Source: Candidatus Deferrimicrobiaceae bacterium
GTDB lineage: Bacteria > Desulfobacterota > Deferrimicrobia > Deferrimicrobiales > Deferrimicrobiaceae
Length of the DNA: 64,000 nt
Direction: 5' to 3'
Assembly: GCA_963792415.1 (NCBI GenBank)
Contig: CAWBVY010000004.1
Location: forward strand, 642,572-706,571
Shown: positions 28,378-37,554 of the stretch, one piece after another
How the letters are laid out: each line of letters begins with the position of its first letter
Numbering within the stretch: position 1 is the stretch's first letter
Program-made: the position numbers and the translations under genes
Notes under the pieces: model-generated
What the model saw: the letters and a program-made list of their open reading frames with translations, nothing else
Told to the model about the DNA's origin: nothing
The model's database searches: none

Positions 28378-29700
28378 GTGATCAAAAACTTCGTGTTGGA
28401 CACGAACGTCCTTCTGCACGACCCCAATGCGCTCTTCCATTTCGAGGACAACCGGGTGATCGTCCCGATCACGGTGATCGAGGAACTCGATCACTTTAAA
28501 AAAGACCTGAACATGCTCGGGCGCAACGCCCGGACGGTCTCCAAGCACATCGACCGGCTGCGTGCCTCCGGCAACCTCGGGGAGGGGGTCGCGTTGGAGC
28601 ACGGGGGGCTGCTGCGCGTGGCGTTCGGAGGCGAGGGGGCCTCCCTGCTTCCCCGGGAGCTGGAAGGCCGGGCCGTGGACAACCAGATCCTCGGGGTCGC
28701 CCTGTCGGCGCGGGCGCGGGAAAAGGACATCCCCGTGGTCGTGGTCACCAAGGACATGAACCTGCGGATCAAGGCGGACGCCCTCGGGATCACCGCGGAG
28801 GATTACGAGAGCGACCGGGTCGACATCGAGGAACTGTACCGCGGGTTCCGCGAGGTGAACGTCGGCAAGGAGTTCATCGACGCGTTCTACGCGGCGGGGG
28901 AGTGCCTCCCGCCTCCGGACGCCAGGGACCTGCACCCGAACGAGTACATCATCCTCCGCGACGCCGCCTCCCAGTCGTCGGCGCTCGGTCGGGTCGACGC
29001 GCTGCGCCGGAAACTTCGGCTCCTCGCTCCGTTGAAGGACGACGTCTGGGGCGTCCGGCCGCGGAACAAGGAACAGACCTTCGCCCTCGACATTCTCCTC
29101 GACGACTCCGTCAAGCTCGTGACCCTCGCCGGGAAAGCGGGCACCGGGAAGACGCTCCTGGCGATCGCGGCCGGGTTGCGGAAAACATCGGACGAGGAGG
29201 TGTACCAGCGCATGCTCGTTTCCCGCCCGGTCTTCCCGATGGGGAGGGACCTGGGGTTCCTTCCGGGGGATGTGGAGGAGAAGCTCAAGCCCTGGATGCA
29301 GCCGATCTTCGACAACGTGGAATACCTGTTCGGGTTCAGCCGGAAGAAGCGGCAGGGCGGCGTGAGGGGATACCAGGAGTTGATCAACCTCGGGATCCTC
29401 GAGATCGAGCCCCTCACCTACATCCGCGGCCGCTCGATCCCGAACCAGTTCATCATCGTGGACGAGGCGCAGAACCTGTCTCCGCACGAGGTGAAGACGA
29501 TCCTCACCCGCGCCGGGGAGAACAGCAAGGTGGTGCTGACGGGCGATCCGTACCAGATCGACAATCCCTTCGTCGACTCGGCGAGCAACGGCCTCTCCTG
29601 CACGGTGGAGAAGTTCAAGGGGGAGGCGATCGCGGGGCACGTTCTTCTCGTCAAGGGAGAGCGTTCCCCACTTGCGGAGCTCGCCGCGAACATCCTGTAA
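28378..29700 (+). CDS. PIN-PhoH (PhoH2/YlaK-like) protein
   Basis: N-terminal PIN (FVLDTNVLLHDP) plus a PhoH ATPase (GKAGTGKT, IRGRS, DEAQN, GDPYQID). Confidence 0.92.
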   Translation: MIKNFVLDTNVLLHDPNALFHFEDNRVIVPITVIEELDHFKKDLNMLGRNARTVSKHIDRLRASGNLGEGVALEHGGLLRVAFGGEGASLLPRELEGRAVDNQILGVALSARAREKDIPVVVVTKDMNLRIKADALGITAEDYESDRVDIEELYRGFREVNVGKEFIDAFYAAGECLPPPDARDLHPNEYIILRDAASQSSALGRVDALRRKLRLLAPLKDDVWGVRPRNKEQTFALDILLDDSVKLVTLAGKAGTGKTLLAIAAGLRKTSDEEVYQRMLVSRPVFPMGRDLGFLPGDVEEKLKPWMQPIFDNVEYLFGFSRKKRQGGVRGYQELINLGILEIEPLTYIRGRSIPNQFIIVDEAQNLSPHEVKTILTRAGENSKVVLTGDPYQIDNPFVDSASNGLSCTVEKFKGEAIAGHVLLVKGERSPLAELAANIL

Positions 29701-30698
29701 TGCGCGTTCTGGGGATCGAGAGCTCCTGCGACGAGACCGCCGCCGCCGTCTACGACGATTCCTCCGGGTTGCTCTCCAACGTCGTTTCGTCCCAGGTCGC
29801 GGTCCACGGCGCGTACGGGGGCGTGGTTCCGGAACTCGCCTCCCGCGAACATCTGAAATCGATCGTACCCGTGGTCGAGAAGGCGCTGTCGGACGCCTCC
29901 ACCGCCCGGAGCGCGATCGACGGTATCGCGGTCACGGCCGGGCCGGGGCTCATCGGGTCGCTCCTCGTGGGCCTCTGCTTCGCGAAGTCGCTCGCCTTCG
30001 CGTGGGGGAAACCGCTCTACGGCGCGGATCACCTGGAAGCGCACGTCTACGCGGTCTTCCTCGAAAGCGACGTTCCCTTTCCCTACATCGCGCTGCTGGT
30101 ATCCGGCGGCCACACGTCCCTGTTCCGCGTCGAAGGATGGGGGGAGATGAACTTCCTGGGCGGCACACGGGACGACGCGGCGGGGGAGGCGTTCGACAAG
30201 GCGGCGAAGATGATGGGGTTTCCGTATCCCGGCGGGGTTGCGGTCGACCGGGCCGGACGGGAAGGAGATGCGGCGCGGTTCCACTTCCCCCGGGCCTGGC
30301 TCTCCCGCGACTCGGCGGATTTCTCCTTCTCGGGCCTCAAGACGGCCCTGCGCATCTTCCTCGCCTCCCCGGAAGGGAAGAGCGCCCGGGTGGAAGACGT
30401 CGCCGCCTCCTTCCAGGAAGCGGTCGCCGACGTACTCGTGGGGAAGGCGCTCGCCGTCGCGGAGCGCGAGCGGGTTCCCCGCCTGGTGCTGGCCGGAGGC
30501 GTCTCGGCGAACTCGCGCCTGCGGGAACTCGCGGCGCAACGGGGATCCGCGGCGGGGATCGCCACGTTCCTCCCTTCGAAGGCGCTGTGCACCGACAACG
30601 CGGCGATGGTGGCGCTGCTCGGCGAGCGGCGGATCTCGGCGGGGATCTTCTCCGGACCGGAGCTGAGCGCCTATGCGGCCTCCCGCTTCACCCGCTGA
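29700..30698 (+). CDS. tsaD: tRNA N6-adenosine threonylcarbamoyltransferase TsaD
   Basis: LGIESSCDET, GGVVPELASREH, HLEAH, VSGGHT and CTDNAAM. Confidence 0.96.
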   Translation: MRVLGIESSCDETAAAVYDDSSGLLSNVVSSQVAVHGAYGGVVPELASREHLKSIVPVVEKALSDASTARSAIDGIAVTAGPGLIGSLLVGLCFAKSLAFAWGKPLYGADHLEAHVYAVFLESDVPFPYIALLVSGGHTSLFRVEGWGEMNFLGGTRDDAAGEAFDKAAKMMGFPYPGGVAVDRAGREGDAARFHFPRAWLSRDSADFSFSGLKTALRIFLASPEGKSARVEDVAASFQEAVADVLVGKALAVAERERVPRLVLAGGVSANSRLRELAAQRGSAAGIATFLPSKALCTDNAAMVALLGERRISAGIFSGPELSAYAASRFTR

Positions 30699-30714
30699 GT
30701 GGTCCTTTTCATAA

Positions 30715-31542
30715 ATGGTAACTGAACACCCCCGGCGGACCCTCGCCGCCCTCGGCCTTTCCCCCCGCAAGTCGCTCGGGCAGAACTTCCTCGCCGACCC
30801 GAACGTCGCGCGGAGGATCGTCGGGCTTGTGCAGGAATTCCCTCCACCGTTCCTCGAGATCGGCCCAGGGCTCGGGGCGCTGACGTCGCCGCTCGCCGAT
30901 GCGGGAGCGCCCGTCGTGGCGGTCGAGGTCGACCGCGGGCTTGCGGCGCACCTTCGGGGCCGGCTCGCAGGCACGAGCGTGGAGATTCTCGAGGCGGACT
31001 TCCTCGCCGTGCCGGAGGAGGAGTGGCGGTTGCGCTTCCCGGCGGGAGGTACGGTGGTCGGGAATCTCCCGTACTCCATCTCCTCCCCCGTCGTCCTCCG
31101 GCTGATCGAACTGCGGGACCGTTTCCCCCGCGCGGTCCTCATGCTGCAGCGGGAGGTGGTGGACCGCCTGTGCGCCGGCCCGGGAGGGAAGGAGTACGGG
31201 ATCCTCTCGGTCTACCTCGGCGTCCTCGCGGAGACGCGCAGGGAGTTCGTCGTGCGCCGCACCTGCTTCCACCCCGCCCCGGACGTCGACTCCGCCGTGA
31301 TGTCGGTCCGCTTCGTCGGCGAAACTCCGGAGGCCCTGGTCGCGGCGTTGCGGACGGTCGTCCGGGCCGCCTTCGCGCATCGGAGGAAGACGCTGCGAAA
31401 CGCCCCGGTCCCGTTTCTCCCGGGGGGACCGGCGCAGTGGCGCGAGCTGCTCCAGGCCGCGGGGATCGACCCCGCCGTCCGGGCCGAGGAGGTACCTCCC
31501 TCCGCGTATCTTGCGCTCGCGAGGGCGTTCGCCCGAATCTAG
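30715..31542 (+). CDS. rsmA: 16S rRNA dimethyladenosine methyltransferase
   Basis: KSLGQNFL, EIGPGLG and VGNLPY. Confidence 0.95.
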   Translation: MVTEHPRRTLAALGLSPRKSLGQNFLADPNVARRIVGLVQEFPPPFLEIGPGLGALTSPLADAGAPVVAVEVDRGLAAHLRGRLAGTSVEILEADFLAVPEEEWRLRFPAGGTVVGNLPYSISSPVVLRLIELRDRFPRAVLMLQREVVDRLCAGPGGKEYGILSVYLGVLAETRREFVVRRTCFHPAPDVDSAVMSVRFVGETPEALVAALRTVVRAAFAHRRKTLRNAPVPFLPGGPAQWRELLQAAGIDPAVRAEEVPPSAYLALARAFARI

Positions 31543-31580
31543 TGGAAAATCGGCCGCCCCCCGCATACAATTGACCGGAT

Positions 31581-32231
31581 ATGACCGAACCGAAGACCCC
31601 CCGCTACATCGCGATCGAAGGACCGATCGGCGTCGGGAAGTCGTCCCTGGCGAAGATCCTCGCCCGGAAATACGCCTCCCGCCTCGTCAAGGAGGAGGTG
31701 GCGGGGAACCCGTTCCTCGAGCGCTTCTACGAGAACCCCCGGAAATTCGCCTTCCAGACCCAGCTCTTCTTCCTCCTGTCGCGCTATCGGCAGCAAAGGG
31801 AACTGGCCCAGGGGGATCTCTTCGAGGCCGGCCTGGTGTGCGACTACATCCTCGCCAAGGACAAGATCTTCGCCCTCATCAACCTCGAGGACGACGAGGT
31901 CTCCCTCTACGAGTCGATCTACAAGCTGCTCGTGTCCACGCTTCCCAAGCCGGACCTGGTCATCTACCTCCAGGCGCGTCCCGAGGTGCTGCTGTCCAGG
32001 GTCCGCAAGCGGGGGGTCGCCTACGAACGAAACATCTCCCTTGACTACCTGCGCACGCTGAGCGATGCTTATAACGAGTACTTTTTCCACTATAACGAGA
32101 CCCCGCTCCTGGTCGTCAACACGAGCGAGATCGACTTTGTGGAGAGCCCCCGCGACCTTGAACATCTCGTAAGGGAAGTCAAGAGTGTGAAACGCGGGAC
32201 GCAGCACTACATACCGCTGGGATCCAGGTAG
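31581..32231 (+). CDS. Deoxynucleoside kinase
   Basis: IEGPIGVGKS, NPFLERFY, AFQTQLFFL and PDLVIYL. Confidence 0.92.
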   Translation: MTEPKTPRYIAIEGPIGVGKSSLAKILARKYASRLVKEEVAGNPFLERFYENPRKFAFQTQLFFLLSRYRQQRELAQGDLFEAGLVCDYILAKDKIFALINLEDDEVSLYESIYKLLVSTLPKPDLVIYLQARPEVLLSRVRKRGVAYERNISLDYLRTLSDAYNEYFFHYNETPLLVVNTSEIDFVESPRDLEHLVREVKSVKRGTQHYIPLGSR

Positions 32232-32353
32232 TCCGGACCGAGACGGGATCGTAGAAGGGAGCGGCTGCGGTGCGGGAGGTTTCCGCCCTGCCGCCGCCCG
32301 ACGCGTGTCGATACGCGGCCTTCCGGATCCGGTCCGGGAGGCCGCATTTTTTT
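32232..32353 (+). promoter_or_regulatory. Structured panBCD leader with terminator (candidate pan RNA motif / attenuator)
   Basis: Two bulged hairpins, then GCGGCCTTCCGGA...TCCGGGAGGCCGC-ATTTTTTT (32315-32353) directly before panB. Confidence 0.45.
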
Positions 32354-32375
32354 GGGGGGGAAAGGGGCGGGCACG

Positions 32376-33176
32376 ATGGCGATGCGCAAAATCAGCATCC
32401 TCGACCTTGCGCGGATGAAGGCGGAAGGGACGAAAATCGTGATGATCACGGCGTACGACGCCCTGTTCGCCCGCATCTTCGACGACGCCGGCGTGGACGT
32501 GATCCTCGTCGGCGACTCGCTGGGGATGGTGGTGCTGGGCCACCCCGACACCCTCAACGTGACGATGGAGGACATGGTGCGGCACACGGCGGCGGCGGCC
32601 CGGGGACGCAAGCGCGCGTTCCTCGCGGCGGACATGCCGTTCCTTTCTTACCAGGCCGGGCTGTCGGACGCGATCCGAAACGCGGGGCGGCTGCTCCAGG
32701 CGGGGGCGGAGGCGGTGAAGCTCGAGGGGGGGCGCAACGCCGCGGAAACGATCCGGGCGATCGCGTCGGCGGACATCCCCGTGATGGGGCACATCGGGCT
32801 CACTCCGCAGTCGGTTCACCGGATGGGCGGCTATCGCGTCCAGGGGAAGACCGACCCGCAGCGGGAGCGGCTGCTGGACGACGCCGCGGCGGTGCAGGAG
32901 GCGGGCGCGTTCTCGGTGGTGCTCGAGGGGATCCCCGCCGCGCTGGCCGGGGAGATCACCCGGGCGCTTTCGATCCCGACGATCGGGATCGGCGCGGGAG
33001 TCGCCTGCGACGGGCAGGTGCTGGTGATGCAGGACCTGCTGGGGCTGTTCGACGAGTTCCGCCCGAAGTTCGTGAAGCGCTTCGGCGAATTGCGCAAGCC
33101 GGTGGGGGAGGCGGTCGGGGCGTACGCCGCCGCGGTGCGCGACGGGTCGTTCCCCGGGAAGGAGCACTCCTTCTGA
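32376..33176 (+). CDS. panB: 3-methyl-2-oxobutanoate hydroxymethyltransferase
   Basis: MITAYD, LVGDSLG, AVKLEGG and GHIGLTPQ. Confidence 0.96.
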   Translation: MAMRKISILDLARMKAEGTKIVMITAYDALFARIFDDAGVDVILVGDSLGMVVLGHPDTLNVTMEDMVRHTAAAARGRKRAFLAADMPFLSYQAGLSDAIRNAGRLLQAGAEAVKLEGGRNAAETIRAIASADIPVMGHIGLTPQSVHRMGGYRVQGKTDPQRERLLDDAAAVQEAGAFSVVLEGIPAALAGEITRALSIPTIGIGAGVACDGQVLVMQDLLGLFDEFRPKFVKRFGELRKPVGEAVGAYAAAVRDGSFPGKEHSF

Positions 33177-34051
33177 TGGAGCGGATCCGGACCCCGGCGG
33201 CGATGCGGGCGTGGGCCGACGCGCGGCGGGCGGAAGGGGCCCGGATCGGCCTTGTGCCGACGATGGGGTACCTGCACGAGGGGCACGTGAGCCTCGTGCG
33301 GGTCGCGAAGGGGGCCGGCAGCGAAGCGGTCGCCGCGACGATCTTCGTCAACCCGGCGCAGTTCGGGCCGGGCGAGGATTTCGAAACGTACCCCAGGGAC
33401 GAGGCGCGGGACCTTGCGATGCTCGAGGCGGCGGGAGTCGACGCGGTGTATCTTCCCGGCGTTGGGGAGATGTACCCGGAGGGGCACCAGACGTTCGTCG
33501 AGGTGACCGGTGTCTCGCGGGGGCTGTGCGGCGCGGCGCGGCCCGGGCACTTCCGCGGCGTCGCCACGGTGGTGGCGAAGCTGTTCCTCGCGGCGAAGCC
33601 CCATGTGGCGGTCTTCGGGGAGAAGGATTGCCAGCAGCTGGCCGTGATCCGCGCGATGACGCGGGACCTCGACTTCGGCGTCGAGATCGTCGGGGCGCCG
33701 ATCGTCCGGGAAGGGGACGGGCTGGCGATGAGTTCGCGCAACGCCTATCTGAAGGGGGAGGACCGGATCGCGGCCCGCTGCCTGTCCCGGGGGCTCTACC
33801 GGGCGAAGGCGCTCTTCGACGCCGGCGAGCGGGACGCGGGTACCCTGGTCGGCGCGGCGCGGAGGGAGATCGAAACCGAACCGCGGGCGAAGATGGAATA
33901 CGCGGAAGGGCGGGAACCGGAAACGCTCGCCCCGCTTGCGGGCCGGGTCGACGCCGTCACGATCCTGCTGGCGGCGAAGGTCGGGCCCACGCGATTGATC
34001 GACAATATCACTCTTGGGAAAAGGATCCCGGGGAGGGACGCATCATGTTGA
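33176..34051 (+). CDS. panC: Pantoate--beta-alanine ligase
   Basis: VPTMGYLHEGH, RPGHFRGV, FGEKD, DGLAMSSRN and RLIDN. Confidence 0.96.
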   Translation: MERIRTPAAMRAWADARRAEGARIGLVPTMGYLHEGHVSLVRVAKGAGSEAVAATIFVNPAQFGPGEDFETYPRDEARDLAMLEAAGVDAVYLPGVGEMYPEGHQTFVEVTGVSRGLCGAARPGHFRGVATVVAKLFLAAKPHVAVFGEKDCQQLAVIRAMTRDLDFGVEIVGAPIVREGDGLAMSSRNAYLKGEDRIAARCLSRGLYRAKALFDAGERDAGTLVGAARREIETEPRAKMEYAEGREPETLAPLAGRVDAVTILLAAKVGPTRLIDNITLGKRIPGRDASC

Positions 34052-34449
34052 AGACCATGCTCAAGTGCAAGATCCATCGGGCGACGGTGACCGACGCCGT
34101 GCTCCACTACGAGGGGAGCGTGACGATCGACAAGACGCTGATGGACGCGGCGGGGCTCGTCGAATACGAGCAGGTCCACATCTGGAACGTCGACAACGGG
34201 AACCGCTTCACCACCTACGTCATCGATGGCGAGGCGGACTCCGGCGTGATCTGCCTGAACGGCGCCGCCGCCCGCCAGGTCAGCAAGGGCGACCTGGTGA
34301 TCATCGCCGCCTTCTCGGCCTACGACGAAAAGGAACTCGCGCAGTACCAGCCGACGCTCGTCTACGTGGACGGGAAGAACCGGATCACGGGCGTGAAGCG
34401 GAGGATCGAGTCCGAGAGCCAGCGCCCGCGCGTCGCCGCCGCGATCTGA
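34045..34449 (+). CDS. panD: Aspartate 1-decarboxylase
   Basis: KIHRATVT, YEG/SVTID self-cleavage site and CLNGAAAR. Confidence 0.96.
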   Translation: MLKTMLKCKIHRATVTDAVLHYEGSVTIDKTLMDAAGLVEYEQVHIWNVDNGNRFTTYVIDGEADSGVICLNGAAARQVSKGDLVIIAAFSAYDEKELAQYQPTLVYVDGKNRITGVKRRIESESQRPRVAAAI

Positions 34450-34530
34450 CCCCGGGACCGGGGTCGTACCTGGAACTTCCACAAGACCGGGACACCCCTG
34501 CATGCGTCAGGAGAGCAGGATGCCGCAACC

Positions 34531-35832
34531 ATGAAGTCCGCACCTGACCGGCGGCGGGGGGTCGTGTACACCGCCTCGCGGCTGGTCGCGGAGGCCGGGG
34601 CGGTGTTTTCCCCCGGCGCCGTGGCGGTGGCGGACGGGAACGTCCTGCTGGCGGGGCCGAAGGCGGACGTCCTCCGCGCCGCCCCGGGGGATTTCCCCCG
34701 GATGGAGTTCCCCGGCGCCGCGATCGTGCCCGGACTGGTAAACGCGCACGTCCACCTGCAGATTCCGCGGTTCACCGACGACGCGGGAATCTCGCTCCCG
34801 GTCCCCGCCTCGTTCGTCGACTGGATCCTCCGCGTGATCGCGTGGAAGCGGGGGGCACCCCCGATCTCGTTTGCCGGAAATTTCAGGGCGGCCGCCGCCG
34901 AGGCGCTCTCCTTCGGGACCACGACGGTCGGGGAGATCGCCGGGCCGGACCTGTCCGCGTACGACGGGTGCCCCCTGCGGGCGCGGGTCTTCGCGGAAGG
35001 GATCGGCTTCGTTCCGGCCGTCGCCCCCGAGGTCCTCGCCCTGGTCGGCGCCGCGATCGACCGGCTGGAGAAGATCTCCGCCGGAAACCCGCTCGTCCGG
35101 GCGGGTGTCTCCCCCCATACGCTGTACACCGTGGGGGAAAGCCTCCTGCGCTCCCTTGCGGACCTCGCCGCCGCGAAAGGGCTTCCCGCCTGCCTGCACC
35201 TGGCCGAGTCGACGCCGGAGGCGGCGTTCCTTTCCGACGGCGGAGGGGAGATCGCGACGCGTCTCTACCCGGCGGTGGGGAAGGATGTCTCCTGGTTCCA
35301 CGGTCTCGGGCGGACGATCCCGTCGTACCTCGCGGAGACCGGTCTTTTGCGGGAAAGTGTGCTGCTGGTGCATAATGTCCACCTTGTCCGTCCGGAGATC
35401 GACGCCCTGCGCGCGGGCGGCGCCCGCTTCGTCCTGTGTCCGAGGAGCAACGCGGCGCACGGCAACGGCGCCCCGGACGTCGCCCATTTCGTGGACGCGA
35501 AGATCCCGTTCGCCCTGGGGACCGACAGCCTCGGCTCGGTGCCCGACCTGTCGCCGTGGGAGGAGATGCGGGCCGCCCGCTCCCTGTACAAGGGGAAGAA
35601 GAAGGACGCCGTGCTGTGCAGGGAACTCTTCCGCGCCTGCACGGAGCACGGGGCCGCCGCCCTCGGTCTCCCCGGCGGGATTCTCGCCCCGGGTGTCCCT
35701 GCCGATCTTGCGATCGTGGACGACCCCGGCGGGGACGGCGACCGGCTCTTCAGGGAACTGGTGGAGAAGACGGACCGGGCAAACGTGCGGCTGACCGTCG
35801 TCGCCGGGCGGACGGCGCACGCCGCCGCGTAA
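34531..35832 (+). CDS. Amidohydrolase family metallo-deaminase
   Basis: PGLVNAHVH, SPHTLY, HLAES, CPRSN and ALGTDS. Substrate unknown. Confidence 0.85.
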   Translation: MKSAPDRRRGVVYTASRLVAEAGAVFSPGAVAVADGNVLLAGPKADVLRAAPGDFPRMEFPGAAIVPGLVNAHVHLQIPRFTDDAGISLPVPASFVDWILRVIAWKRGAPPISFAGNFRAAAAEALSFGTTTVGEIAGPDLSAYDGCPLRARVFAEGIGFVPAVAPEVLALVGAAIDRLEKISAGNPLVRAGVSPHTLYTVGESLLRSLADLAAAKGLPACLHLAESTPEAAFLSDGGGEIATRLYPAVGKDVSWFHGLGRTIPSYLAETGLLRESVLLVHNVHLVRPEIDALRAGGARFVLCPRSNAAHGNGAPDVAHFVDAKIPFALGTDSLGSVPDLSPWEEMRAARSLYKGKKKDAVLCRELFRACTEHGAAALGLPGGILAPGVPADLAIVDDPGGDGDRLFRELVEKTDRANVRLTVVAGRTAHAAA

Positions 35833-35852
35833 AGGAAGGACCTCGAGAAGGA

Positions 35853-36356
35853 ATGGCCGGAAAAACCGAAAAGCCCGACATCCCTCCCGTGAAGGTGGTC
35901 TCCACGAACCGCCGCGCGCGGCACGAGTACGAGATCCTCGAAACCTTCGAGTGCGGCCTGGCGCTCCAGGGGCACGAGGTGAAGTCGATCCGGGAGGGGC
36001 GCGTCAACATCGCGGACGGTTTCGCCGCCTTCCGCGGGAGCGAGGCGTTCGTCGAGAACATGCACATCACCCCCTACTCCCACGGCGACGTGCGGGTCAT
36101 CGACCCGCTCCGGGTCCGCAAGCTCCTCCTCAAGCGGAAGGAGATCGACTACCTCTTCGGCAAGGTCAAGGAGCGGGGATTGTCCGTCATCCCGCTGAAG
36201 CTGTACTTCAAGGGGGCGCGGGTCAAGCTCGAGGTGGGGCTGGGCCGCGGCAAGAAGCTCTACGACAAGCGGCGGGACATCGCCGACCGGGATGCCCGGC
36301 GCGACATCGAGCGCGCCACCCGGACCCGGGGAAAGCGGACCGCCGACCGGGAGTGA
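35853..36356 (+). CDS. smpB: SsrA-binding protein
   Basis: NRRARHEY, EVKSIREG, RKLLL and GKKLYDKR; adjacent to tmRNA. Confidence 0.96.
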   Translation: MAGKTEKPDIPPVKVVSTNRRARHEYEILETFECGLALQGHEVKSIREGRVNIADGFAAFRGSEAFVENMHITPYSHGDVRVIDPLRVRKLLLKRKEIDYLFGKVKERGLSVIPLKLYFKGARVKLEVGLGRGKKLYDKRRDIADRDARRDIERATRTRGKRTADRE

Positions 36357-36524
36357 CCAGGGACCGGGTGCCCCCGGATTTCGCCCCGCATCCCGGAACC
36401 TTTCCAAGGGTACGATGCTCTAAAAGACAGGGCAGTGATGCTCTTGATTCCCTCCTTCGTGGTTTGGCGGGCCTTTGGGGTCGTACCCCATGGGTCCGCC
36501 AAACTGCTATAATGGCCTCTGAAA

Positions 36525-36878
36525 GGGGGCGAAACGGTTTCGACGGGGATGTCGATGCCCGTGGGTTGCGTGCCGAGGCCCTGCACCTCGTAAAAAGCGG
36601 GAAACCAATAGTCGCCAACGACTATCCTGTAGCTCAGGCGGCTTAAGCCGCCTGCCTCCGACCGTCGAATGCCCGTATAGGCGCTAGGAGGTCACTCTCA
36701 CGGGATAGCCCGAAGCCTCCTCCCGGGGGGCCGAAGGGCGAAATCTCTCCCGGGATGGTCCGAAGGGAACCCTGCCGGCCGGGGTCCCCGGGGACGAGAC
36801 CCAAATGACCGGAAACGCACGTAGTGGCCCTGGGTAAAGAATCTTCGGACGGGGGTTCGACTCCCCCCGCCTCCACCA
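36525..36878 (+). ncRNA. ssrA: tmRNA, tag peptide (A)ANDYPVAQAA
   Basis: 5' GGGGGCGAAACGGTTTCGAC and 3' GGGGGTTCGACTCCCCCCGCCTCCACCA. Tag ORF at 36614-36646; TATAAT upstream. Confidence 0.96.
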
Positions 36879-37067
36879 TCCTTCGCTCCTCGCCGCAACA
36901 GCAATGCCGAGGCTCGGAGCTACGGATGGCAAGCCAGCTTGAGTTTTCTCCGAGGATGGCGAATCCACCGTAGCTTCAGCGAAGGCGGAAAGCCAGCGGG
37001 AGCGAAGGATGACCCTACGTAGCTCGAGCGACTAAAGTTTTTCGTATGGAGCTCGAGCGAAGTAGGG
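36876..37067. repeat. Cluster of three REP-like hairpins with a CGTAGCT...AGCGAAG signature
   Basis: Copies at 36876-36929 (minus orientation), 36964-36989 and 37013-37067, plus a 13-bp inverted repeat at 36877-36889/36999-37011. Confidence 0.7.
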
Positions 37068-37119
37068 CATCACCTTTGCAGATTTGGGCATCATCCGCTT
37101 CAATGAAAGGATGATGCCC

Positions 37120-37362
37120 ATGAAGTATGTCTACCTTCTTCAGAGCATAGCCTACCCCGACAAGCGCTATGTGGGCCTTACAGGCGACTTGGAGAAGCGC
37201 TTGGCGGAACACAACTCAGGACGTTCCCCCCATACGTCTCGATACACGCCATGGAAGGTAACCGTGTCGGTCCGTTTCATGGATGATGATCGGGCGGCCA
37301 GGTTCGAACGTTATCTTAAAATCGGATCCGGTCACGCTTTCGCATCGAAGCATTTCTGGTGA
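37120..37362 (+). CDS. Minimal GIY-YIG nuclease (80 aa)
   Basis: YVYLLQS...RYVGLT.DLEKRLAEHNSG...ARFERYLK: GIY-YIG (YVY/YVG) with conserved R, H and E. Confidence 0.9.
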   Translation: MKYVYLLQSIAYPDKRYVGLTGDLEKRLAEHNSGRSPHTSRYTPWKVTVSVRFMDDDRAARFERYLKIGSGHAFASKHFW

Positions 37363-37554
37363 CGATGCGAATCGGGAAGTGTCTGAAGTATGGGGTTTAG
37401 GCCTGGCTGGCCGCCCCACTTCCGGACGAAAGACGCTCCCTGGGGTACCCCGCAACGAACAGCCCGAGGGGCAAGGCTCATGCGGACGACTCCCCACGCC
37501 TCCTTACCCCCTTCCCCTTTTCAGCGGCCGGGTGCGGTTCCGCGGGGTCGCATT

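Noticed and set aside
28378-29700. PIN-domain toxin-antitoxin system
   Set aside because: This is the widespread PIN-PhoH fusion in a housekeeping operon, with no antitoxin gene upstream.
36876-37067. CRISPR-like array
   Set aside because: The units differ in length and orientation and share only a short structural motif. There is no repeat-spacer periodicity and no cas gene.
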